Assembly: GCA_902538185.1 (NCBI GenBank)
Contig: CACBED010000001.1
Location: 111,434 to 175,433 of the forward strand
DNA: 64,000 bases
Reading direction: 5' to 3'
Source of the DNA: an uncultured OCS116 cluster bacterium
GTDB lineage: Bacteria; Pseudomonadota; Alphaproteobacteria; Rhizobiales; TMED25
The notes beneath the pieces are model-generated. The model worked only from the letters and a program-made list of their open reading frames with translations, was not told the origin of the DNA and did no database searches. Positions within the stretch are counted from its first letter, which is position 1, and each line of letters starts with the position of its first letter. A program made the position numbers and the translations under genes. Positions 20,464 to 28,744 of the stretch are shown one piece after another.

Positions 20464-21065
20464 TCAACATACCCTGCTTTTCTCAAAAATTTTATAAGTT
20501 GTAATATTGAAATACCTTGGATTGAAAATAGGTCGTCACCAATACTCTCAAATAAGTTAATCCCTTTTCCTTCAATCTCATAGGCGCCGAGTATATTAAG
20601 TACTTTATCGCCAATCTCCCTTATGTAGTTTTTAATGTATTCATCACTAAGTGTCCTCATCTGCATATCTTGCACCGATATGTAAGACCAGATTTGTTTA
20701 GACTCCATCACACAAGTAGTAGCTGTAATAAGCTTATGATTTTCTCCACTTAAGCCCTTAAGTTGTTCAAAAGATTCTTCATAATTTACTGGTTTATTTA
20801 TAATTCTTTTTTTATAGTAAAGTGTTTGATCACAGCCAATAATCAAATCTTTACCATATCTACCAGAAATATTTTTGGCTTTCTCGAAAGAGAGTTTCTT
20901 TGCCAGATCTTGGGCATCTTTCAATGAGCATATTTTGCCATTAAGGGCATCTTGTAATTGTGTCTCATCAAAATCTGATTTAATGGTCTTGAACCTAATG
21001 CCTGTGTTCTTGAGTAAATTTCTTCTTATTTCACTTTGGGTCGCTAATATTATATTATATTCCAT
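20460..21065 (-). CDS. maf: Maf-like nucleoside triphosphate pyrophosphatase
   Basis: N-terminal ILATQSEIRRNLL, CDQ motif, and a YEIEGKG-type motif typical of Maf. Confidence 0.88.
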   Translation of the reverse strand: MEYNIILATQSEIRRNLLKNTGIRFKTIKSDFDETQLQDALNGKICSLKDAQDLAKKLSFEKAKNISGRYGKDLIIGCDQTLYYKKRIINKPVNYEESFEQLKGLSGENHKLITATTCVMESKQIWSYISVQDMQMRTLSDEYIKNYIREIGDKVLNILGAYEIEGKGINLFESIGDDLFSIQGISILQLIKFLRKAGYVE

Positions 21066-21892
21066 TATGCAGTATGCCTTCCTCTGAGCAAAAGCATTAT
21101 CTCTGCGGCGGTCTCTTCAATAGATTTTCTGGTAACATCAATAACAGGCCAATTATTATTTTCAAAAAGTTTTTTTGCTTTTAGAATTTCTTCGCTAACA
21201 AGCCTTTTGTCTACATAGTTGCTATCATCTTTTGCATTTAGGGCCATGAGTCTATTTTTTCGAATTTGTATTATTCGCTCAGGTGTTGCTACAAGTCCTA
21301 CAATCATGGGGTGTTTTACAGTATCCAATTCGGGCGGCAAAGGAATGTCATTCACAAATGGTATATTCGCAGTTTTTATACCTCTATTTGCTAAATAAAT
21401 GCTTGTGGGGGTTTTTGATGTTCGGCTCACACCGATAAGTATGATATCCGCTGCATTTAAATCTCCAGAAATAATACCGTCGTCATGAGCGAGGGTATAA
21501 TTCATTGCATCAATTCGCTCGAAATACTCACTATTTAACTGGTGTTGTCCGCCGACTATCGGGCTGCCTTTTATTCCATAAACTGACGTTAGCGACTGAT
21601 GAATAGTATCGAGTGGATCAATAAGTGGTATGCTTAGCTCATCGCATAGAGCCTGAAGTGTCTTTTTTAACTCGATATCATATAAAGTGCACAGAATTAT
21701 GCCTGGTTTCTCTTTTATCTCTTCATATACAGTTTCAATTTGTTTTTTGCTCCTAACAAGAGAATGTATATGTTGTTCAAAGTTTAGGTTTTTATATTGC
21801 ACCAGCACAGCTTTAGCTATTGTACTAAGTGTTTCACCAGTTGAGTCACTTACCAAGTGTATATTATAAGAAATTTTATTTTCAACAGGCAC
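21065..21892 (-). CDS. DUF299 kinase/pyrophosphorylase (PEP synthase / pyruvate,phosphate dikinase regulatory protein family; RP001-type gene)
   Basis: HLVSDSTGETL N-terminus and a GVSRTSKTPTS P-loop-like motif. Same family as the gene flanking the origin in Caulobacter and Rickettsia. Confidence 0.88.
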   Translation of the reverse strand: MPVENKISYNIHLVSDSTGETLSTIAKAVLVQYKNLNFEQHIHSLVRSKKQIETVYEEIKEKPGIILCTLYDIELKKTLQALCDELSIPLIDPLDTIHQSLTSVYGIKGSPIVGGQHQLNSEYFERIDAMNYTLAHDDGIISGDLNAADIILIGVSRTSKTPTSIYLANRGIKTANIPFVNDIPLPPELDTVKHPMIVGLVATPERIIQIRKNRLMALNAKDDSNYVDKRLVSEEILKAKKLFENNNWPVIDVTRKSIEETAAEIMLLLRGRHTA

Positions 21893-22259
21893 CGTTTATA
21901 AAACCTCCAATTATGTGTATATTTTTTAAAATATAGAAAAAATGTCTAATTTTATACATATTTCCCAGTATTTATTAACATTATAATTTCGCTTGGTAAG
22001 TCATAAACTTCATAAACATCTGTTTGCAATAAAATTTATGAACAAGATATACACAGTTTACTAACATCATTTTACAAAAAAAAATCCTCAGTAACAAATC
22101 TGAACAACGATTATTGCCACATAAAGGTAGATATTCAAAGTTTGTATTTAAAATGATATACTTACCCTGTTAATATTCAAAATGTGGATAAGATGTGAAT
22201 AAAAAATAATTACCAATGTCCACAAGGTAACAATAACAACAACTTTTAGATAATATATT
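21893..22259. other. oriC: candidate chromosomal replication origin (oriC) between the DUF299 gene and hemE
   Basis: 367-bp, very AT-rich, non-coding divergent spacer in the conserved hemE/RP001 position. It holds a perfect DnaA box, a 1-mismatch box 11 bp away, and further degenerate boxes. Confidence 0.6.
22183..22191 (-). promoter_or_regulatory. perfect DnaA box (TTATCCACA on the minus strand)
   Basis: The plus strand reads TGTGGATAA at 22183-22191. An adjacent TGTGAATAA (22194-22202) has the same orientation and one mismatch. ATGTCCACA (22216-22224) has the opposite orientation and two mismatches. Confidence 0.7.
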
Positions 22260-23285
22260 ATGACTATTCTGTGTAAATTGAACGATGGGGATATAATATG
22301 GCCACCCCCTATATGGCTTATGAGACAAGCGGGACGGTATTTGCCTGAATATAACATAATTAGAGATAAAGCAGGCAGTTTTCTGGATTTGTGTTATAAG
22401 CCAAACTATGCATCTGAAGTAACATTACAGCCAATAAATAGATTTGATCTTGATGCAGCTATTATATTTGCAGATATTTTACTAATCACACAGAATTTTG
22501 GCTTGGATATAAGGTTTGAAGAGAATGTTGGCCCTGTTCTTGAGAAATCCCTTACAGAAAACCCAGCATTGGGTGTAATCACCGAAGTCGAAAAATCAAA
22601 TCTTGTGAATGTCGCTGAAGCAATTAATCTAACAAGACATAAGTTATCGAGAGAAAAGAGCTTGATAGGTTTTTGTGGGGCACCCTGGACAGTAATGACC
22701 TACATGATTAATGGTCGATCAAAAGTAGATCTATCTCAATCTGTTAAATGGATGGAGGACAACCCATCATTAGCAAATGATATTATTTGTATGTTGGTTG
22801 AATTATCTGCTTCCTATTTAATTTTACAAATTCAATCAGGTGCTGACGTTGTGAAAATTTTCGACTCTTGGGCAGGCGTTCTGAATGAAAGTCAATTTAA
22901 TAATTGGGTAGTTGAGCCCACTAGACAAATTATTTCAAAAGTGAAAGATGTATATCCAAAAACACCTATAATTGGTTTCCCCAAGGGCGCTCACAAATTT
23001 TATGAAAAATACGCCGTACAAACAGGTTTAAATATAATAGCAGTCGATAGTGAATTGGATAGAGATTACGTTAGGAATATTCTTCAGAAAAAATTTATAG
23101 TTCAAGGTAATATCTCACCTAATATTTTACTCAAAGGCGGAGAAGTGCTCAAAAAAGACATTGAGTTAAATATTAACAAGTTTCGTGATCAACCCTTTAT
23201 TCTTGGACTTGGTCATGGTATCTTGAAAGAAACACCGCCTCAGCATGTACTAGATCTTGTACAATTTGTTAGGAGCCTCAGTTAA
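22260..23285 (+). CDS. hemE: uroporphyrinogen decarboxylase
   Basis: PIWLMRQAGRYLPEY signature near the N-terminus; about 340 aa. Confidence 0.96.
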   Translation: MTILCKLNDGDIIWPPPIWLMRQAGRYLPEYNIIRDKAGSFLDLCYKPNYASEVTLQPINRFDLDAAIIFADILLITQNFGLDIRFEENVGPVLEKSLTENPALGVITEVEKSNLVNVAEAINLTRHKLSREKSLIGFCGAPWTVMTYMINGRSKVDLSQSVKWMEDNPSLANDIICMLVELSASYLILQIQSGADVVKIFDSWAGVLNESQFNNWVVEPTRQIISKVKDVYPKTPIIGFPKGAHKFYEKYAVQTGLNIIAVDSELDRDYVRNILQKKFIVQGNISPNILLKGGEVLKKDIELNINKFRDQPFILGLGHGILKETPPQHVLDLVQFVRSLS

Positions 23286-23729
23286 ATGGATGATGGTAAC
23301 TTATACTTAATAGTTAAATCGTTACATATAATATCTGTAATTGCTTGGTCTGCCGCTCTCCTTTATTTACCAAGGTTGTTTGTGTATCACTCTGATTTAC
23401 AAGCAGGTAGTGAAGCATCGGAATTGCTCAAGGTTATGGAGTATCGGTTAGGAAGATATATCATGTCTCCTGCGATGATAGCTTCCTGGGTGTTCGGCCT
23501 TCTATTAATTTTTTATTTTAATGTGATAGATTTTTCTCAAGATTTCTGGTTTCATTCAAAGTTTTTACTAGTGGTAATTTTATCTGCATATCATGGCTTA
23601 TTGATTGGATACATGAAAAAATTCCAACAAGATATGAACATAAAAACACATAGATATTTTCGTATAATTAACGAAATTCCGACAGTTTTAATTATATTAA
23701 TTGTTTTTTTGGTTATTTTAAGACCTTAA
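23286..23729 (+). CDS. hemJ: protoporphyrinogen IX oxidase HemJ (UPF0093 membrane protein)
   Basis: About 147 aa, four to five TM helices, and a KSLHIISVIAWSAALLYLPRLFVYH motif typical of HemJ. Confidence 0.85.
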   Translation: MDDGNLYLIVKSLHIISVIAWSAALLYLPRLFVYHSDLQAGSEASELLKVMEYRLGRYIMSPAMIASWVFGLLLIFYFNVIDFSQDFWFHSKFLLVVILSAYHGLLIGYMKKFQQDMNIKTHRYFRIINEIPTVLIILIVFLVILRP

Positions 23730-23815
23730 TTTTTCTTTTGATATGATTTTTTTTGTGTGATATATATTATATAACTCTACTTATCTAGCTTATTCTATTC
23801 AGAAAATTCTCAATT

Positions 23816-25108
23816 ATGACTGAAAAACAAAAAAATACTAATAGTAATCAAGTTCGACTTGCAGATTTAAAAGAAAAAAAGCCAGTTGAATTACTAGGTA
23901 TTGCTGAAGAGCACGAAATTGAAAATGCAAGCACACTCAGGAAGCAAGAGTTGCTTTTTGCAATACTAAAGCGGTTAGCTGAAAAAGATATTACAATAAT
24001 TGGGGATGGCGTGGTGGAGGTCTTGCAGGATGGTTTTGGCTTCATTCGTTCTCCAGATGCAAATTATCTACCTGGCCCTGATGACATATATGTAAGCCCG
24101 AGCCAAATCAGAAGATTCACCTTAAGAACGGGCGACAGCATTGAAGGAGAGATCCGAAGCCCAAAAGAAGGGGAAAGGTATTTTGCTTTACTCAAAGTAA
24201 ATACAATAAACTTTGAAGATCCCGATAAGGGACGTCACAAGATTAACTTTGATAATTTAACGCCCTTATATCCAGACCAGTCGCTTACAATGGAAGTTTT
24301 AGACCCCTCTTTAAAAGATAAAAGTGGCCGTATAATTGATATTGTGGCCCCGCTTGGAAAAGGTCAAAGGGGTCTGATTGTTGCACCACCGAGAACGGGT
24401 AAAACAGTATTACTTCAAAATATTGCACATTCAATTACCACCAATCATCCCGAGTGCTATCTTATAGTTCTTCTTATCGATGAGAGACCTGAAGAGGTTA
24501 CTGATATGCAAAGATCAGTGAACGGTGAAGTTGTTTCATCTACCTTCGATGAGCCAGCTGCAAGACACGTTCAGGTAGCAGAAATGGTTATTGAGAAGGC
24601 CAAAAGACTCGTAGAGCACGGGCGTGATGTTATTATACTTCTAGACTCTATCACAAGACTTGGACGAGCCTATAACACGGTTGTCCCCTCATCAGGGAAG
24701 GTTTTAACCGGTGGTGTCGACGCAAATGCCCTACAAAGACCAAAAAGATTTTTTGGCGCTGCGCGTAATATTGAGGAGGGTGGTTCGCTCACTATCATAT
24801 CAACAGCATTAATAGATACAGGGAGCAGAATGGACGAGGTCATCTTTGAAGAATTTAAAGGAACAGGTAATTCAGAGATAATTCTTGATAGAAAAGTTTC
24901 CGATAAGCGCGTATTTCCATCGATGGATATTCTACGTTCTGGAACAAGAAAAGAAGAACTCTTAATTGGTGATGGTACACTTAAGAAAATGTTTGTGCTG
25001 CGTCGTATTCTAAATCCTATGGGCACTGTTGATGCCATGGAATTTCTTTTAGATAAAATTTCACAGACAAAAGACAACAACGAGTTTTATGACTCTATGA
25101 ACACCTGA
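23816..25108 (+). CDS. rho: transcription termination factor Rho
   Basis: N-terminal [14 protein letters not shown]-binding domain GFGFIRS, P-loop PPRTGKT, and the [10 protein letters not shown] motif. Confidence 0.98.
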   Translation: MTEKQKNTNSNQVRLADLKEKKPVELLGIAEEHEIENASTLRKQELLFAILKRLAEKDITIIGDGVVEVLQDGFGFIRSPDANYLPGPDDIYVSPSQIRRFTLRTGDSIEGEIRSPKEGERYFALLKVNTINFEDPDKGRHKINFDNLTPLYPDQSLTMEVLDPSLKDKSGRIIDIVAPLGKGQRGLIVAPPRTGKTVLLQNIAHSITTNHPECYLIVLLIDERPEEVTDMQRSVNGEVVSSTFDEPAARHVQVAEMVIEKAKRLVEHGRDVIILLDSITRLGRAYNTVVPSSGKVLTGGVDANALQRPKRFFGAARNIEEGGSLTIISTALIDTGSRMDEVIFEEFKGTGNSEIILDRKVSDKRVFPSMDILRSGTRKEELLIGDGTLKKMFVLRRILNPMGTVDAMEFLLDKISQTKDNNEFYDSMNT

Positions 25109-26080
25109 TTACGGCACTAAAACTGTTGTACCAACCGTTTTTCTTTGTGACATCGCCGCATGTGCTTCACCGACTTCTTCAAGCCTAAACTTCTGTTGGA
25201 CATCAATCTTAACATGCCCACTTTTTAACACATCAAAATATTTTTTAGACGCATTGATAAGTTGTTCTCGTGTTTTGACATAGTCAAATAATGTTGGCCG
25301 TGTAATAAATAGGGATCCTTTTTTCATCAGGTCAAGAATATTTATCGGATCGGGCACGCCTGATGCGTTTCCAAAACTTACAAGTATACCCCTCTTCCTT
25401 AATGAGTCCATGGAGTCAATTAACGTATCTTTGCCTATGGAGTCATAAACAACCGAGACCCCCTCATTATCAGTAATTTTAAGGGCTACATCTTTGAAAG
25501 ATTCTTTGTTTATGTTGATAACATGATCACAGCCATTTGACTTTGCATAATTAATCTTTTCGTCAGATCCGACTGTGCCAATGACAGTTGCTCCAAGAGA
25601 CTTTGCCCAGCCGGATGCTATCGAGCCGACACCGCCAGCAGCGGCATGAAATATTATCGTGTCATCTTTCCCTACTTTATAAATGTCGTGCATTAGAAAG
25701 TATGCGGTTACTCCCTTTAAGAGTGAGCTTGCAACAGTTTCAAATTCAATTTCATCTGGTAAATGTAACAAAAGATTTTCGGGTACAATGTTATGAGTCG
25801 CATAAGCTCCAAGTGGACCGTTGCAGTAACAAACCCTATCTCCTTCTTTAAAGTACTCAACTTGATCCCCAACTTGTTCAACAATACCCGTAGCCTCCAA
25901 ACCAAGTCTTGATGGTAGTTTAAGAGGATACAAACCAGTCCTTTGGTAAATATCAATGAAATTCACTCCAATGGCCATGTGTTTTATCAGAACTTGATTA
26001 TCGATTGGTTTTTGCTGCTCTTCTTCAACAATTTTCATCTCTTTTTCACTACCAAAGTTATTTAAAATAATTTTCTTCAT
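25109..26080 (-). CDS. qor: NADPH:quinone oxidoreductase (zeta-crystallin-type MDR family)
   Basis: GVNFIDIYQRTGLYP motif and the AAAGGVGS nucleotide-binding motif. Confidence 0.88.
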   Translation of the reverse strand: MKKIILNNFGSEKEMKIVEEEQQKPIDNQVLIKHMAIGVNFIDIYQRTGLYPLKLPSRLGLEATGIVEQVGDQVEYFKEGDRVCYCNGPLGAYATHNIVPENLLLHLPDEIEFETVASSLLKGVTAYFLMHDIYKVGKDDTIIFHAAAGGVGSIASGWAKSLGATVIGTVGSDEKINYAKSNGCDHVININKESFKDVALKITDNEGVSVVYDSIGKDTLIDSMDSLRKRGILVSFGNASGVPDPINILDLMKKGSLFITRPTLFDYVKTREQLINASKKYFDVLKSGHVKIDVQQKFRLEEVGEAHAAMSQRKTVGTTVLVP

Positions 26081-26203
26081 TGGCTTCCCCTTAAGTAAAT
26101 AATAGTTACTTCTTAGTCTTTAGCATAATAATCCCTGAAATCAATGTAAAATGGAATTGATGTCGAATATCTCCTGACAAAAGCGCATTACATTAATGAT
26201 CAA

Positions 26204-27289
26204 TTACCTCCAGGATGGACTTTCCTTGATATATTTGACTTTTCCAGTTGTGTGATATGCTGCTCTATCTTCTATGACAAAAGGCTCTGACTCGTTTATT
26301 TCTTGTGCTTGAATTTGCTCACAATCATAGCCTAACATATCAAGTAATAATTTATCACAAGTTCTACCAAAGTGGACTTCATCAGCATATATGGCTTGAT
26401 ATGACTTGTCTTTAGTTGAACCATATATACCGAAATTGAATGTCGCTTTCATAAATTTCTTTGGCAAACCACTCTGGTATTCCCACAAAGTTTGATTGTG
26501 TCTTTCATGCACCAACTCACCATTGATCCATATCTTGTGAAATGCTTTGTCTAGTTTCTTGTTGTCGAAGTTGATGTTGAACACAAGGTCGTACCATACA
26601 TTTCTTTCTAACTGTTCGCCTGGAACCAATTGATATGAATCCATCCTTGCTTCACAGTATTTTCTTTTGTGTGAGTTCTCTTTGTCTGAACCGGCGGCAC
26701 AGTCGTCGGTGCCCTTGGGTATAATGACGTGCCCAGCCCCTGACTCATGTGTCCAAATCAAACCATCATCTTCAAGTTGTAGAAGAAACATAGGACCATA
26801 GTAATCATAGTCACTGTGGAACTGAACTATTGTTTTCCTGGTATCATTCAATTCATATGAGTTTGGTATCATGAATGAGTATGAAACCCAAACCATACCT
26901 TTAAAACTCTTATTATATTTTGCCTCTACTCTTTTTTGCCTCTCACCATTAGTCCGATTGCAGTCACTGGGCCTGTTGTAGCACCCATCACCTGGTGCTT
27001 GGATAAAGAATGAGGTGTTACCATATCTGGTTGGCTCTGAAACAACTTGAAATAGTTTTATATTATTTTCTATTTCATATTTCTTCATATATTGTTTAGA
27101 GTGAGTTTTCCATCCAAGATTATTTTGCCAACCAGATAAAGTCGTATCGTTTGCCCAGGGCGCTATACTTAAATTCTTTTTATAGAGATCACTTGCTTGT
27201 AAAGAATTTTCATCAATTATGGGAGTAGAAAACGTAATAAATAAAATTAAAACTATTTTGACCAAATTTTGATGAGATTTCATATGCAA
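26204..27289 (-). CDS. secreted Cys-rich concanavalin-A-like jelly-roll protein, polysaccharide-lyase-like (heparin lyase I / PF14099-type pattern)
   Basis: N-terminal signal peptide (KIVLILFITFSTP). Motif series: RVEAKY, WVSYSFMIP, IVQFH, WYDLVFNINF, KIWINGELV and FNFGIYG, resembling the lyase jelly-roll family. At least six Cys. Assigned by motif memory only. Confidence 0.5.
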   Translation of the reverse strand: MHMKSHQNLVKIVLILFITFSTPIIDENSLQASDLYKKNLSIAPWANDTTLSGWQNNLGWKTHSKQYMKKYEIENNIKLFQVVSEPTRYGNTSFFIQAPGDGCYNRPSDCNRTNGERQKRVEAKYNKSFKGMVWVSYSFMIPNSYELNDTRKTIVQFHSDYDYYGPMFLLQLEDDGLIWTHESGAGHVIIPKGTDDCAAGSDKENSHKRKYCEARMDSYQLVPGEQLERNVWYDLVFNINFDNKKLDKAFHKIWINGELVHERHNQTLWEYQSGLPKKFMKATFNFGIYGSTKDKSYQAIYADEVHFGRTCDKLLLDMLGYDCEQIQAQEINESEPFVIEDRAAYHTTGKVKYIKESPSWR

Positions 27290-27389
27290 ATAATATCATG
27301 TATAGAATTCAATAGGGAATCCTAATAAATAAAATGGAATGGGAGCTTTTTTTGTTGTAATAATAACTGTTAATTAAACGATTAGAAAT

Positions 27390-28709
27390 ATGTATAATAC
27401 TATCAACTCAAAAACAATTTATGCTTTATCTTCAGCACCTGGAAAATCAGGTATTGCTGTAATAAGAGTTTCTGGCCCTGAAGCGAAAAAAATTGGAAAT
27501 CTATTTAACATTGATTTACCTGATCCCAAAAAAGTTCAAATTGCAAAATTAGTTCATCCACATAACGGTGACTTTATAGACAAAGCACTGATAACATTTT
27601 TTAAGTCACCAAATAGCTTTACAGGAGAGAATATGGTCGAATTATCAATTCATGGTGGTAAAGCTATTAAAGATCTGATTTTTAGTATTTTAGCAGCGGA
27701 AGAAAATTTTAGTTATGCCGAGCCTGGTGAATTTACCAGGAGAGCCTTTTTAAATGGTAAATTGGATTTAGTCGAAGTTGAGGGTTTGGCTGATTTAATA
27801 AACGCTGAGACAGAGTTTCAGCGAAAACAGGCATTTGATCAAATGGAGGGTAAATTATCAAACTTATATACGAAATGGAAGGGGCAATTAGTAAAAAACT
27901 TATCATATCTCGAAGCAACAATCGACTTTGTCGAAGAGGATATATCACCAGAGGTCGCGACATCTCAAATAAAAGACATTAAAGTCGTTCTGAGTGAATT
28001 GGATACTCATCTGAATGACTCAAACAAAGGAGAAAGATTGAGGGATGGATTTAATATAATAATTGCTGGCTCTCCAAATACAGGTAAGTCAAGTCTTCTT
28101 AATCATCTATCAAACCGAGATATTGCAATTGTATCCGATGAAGCGGGAACAACAAGAGATAGTTTGGATGCATATTTAGATATAAATGGATTCCCTGTGA
28201 TTATAACTGATACGGCTGGGATAAGGAAAGCAGAAACAGAAGTAGAAAATATTGGTATAAAAAAATCTCAAATAAAGATGAATGAGGCAGATCTTGTTTT
28301 GTGGCTGATGGATTCAAGTATAAATAAAAATGATGGTATCCCGCATAATATAAAGGATAAATCTATCGAGGTATGGACAAAATCCGATATTTCTATCCAT
28401 AAAAATAAAGATATTATTATTTCAACCAAAAAAGATCAAGGAATTACACAACTCATTGATATTATTGGGAAATTTGTTGAGAAAGGCTGCAGAACAGAAG
28501 GGTCATTTATCACAAGATCACGTCATCGAGATGCATTGGAAAAAACTAAAAACCATTTATCAATGATTATTAAAAATGATCTTTTGGATGTTGAAGTAAT
28601 AGTGGAAGAGTTAAGGTCAGCAGTAAATTCATTAGCAAGAATTACTGGTCATGTTGATGTTGAGGACCTATTGGATATAATTTTTAAAGATTTTTGTATT
28701 GGTAAATAA
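27390..28709 (+). CDS. mnmE: tRNA modification GTPase MnmE
   Basis: IYALSSAPGKSGIAVIRVSG N-terminus, G-domain GSPNTGKSSLLN / DTAGIR, and a C-terminal FCIGK. Confidence 0.96.
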   Translation: MYNTINSKTIYALSSAPGKSGIAVIRVSGPEAKKIGNLFNIDLPDPKKVQIAKLVHPHNGDFIDKALITFFKSPNSFTGENMVELSIHGGKAIKDLIFSILAAEENFSYAEPGEFTRRAFLNGKLDLVEVEGLADLINAETEFQRKQAFDQMEGKLSNLYTKWKGQLVKNLSYLEATIDFVEEDISPEVATSQIKDIKVVLSELDTHLNDSNKGERLRDGFNIIIAGSPNTGKSSLLNHLSNRDIAIVSDEAGTTRDSLDAYLDINGFPVIITDTAGIRKAETEVENIGIKKSQIKMNEADLVLWLMDSSINKNDGIPHNIKDKSIEVWTKSDISIHKNKDIIISTKKDQGITQLIDIIGKFVEKGCRTEGSFITRSRHRDALEKTKNHLSMIIKNDLLDVEVIVEELRSAVNSLARITGHVDVEDLLDIIFKDFCIGK

Positions 28710-28744
28710 ATCAGAATACAATATATATCACATAGGAGTATTAT

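Noticed and set aside
22148-22357. 69-aa minus-strand ORF spanning the DnaA-box region and the hemE start. Also the 93-aa ORF at 14385-14666 in the hisB/hslV spacer.
   Set aside because: Both run through AT-rich regulatory spacers and into the 5' ends of real genes on the other strand. They have no Shine-Dalgarno and no recognisable domain.
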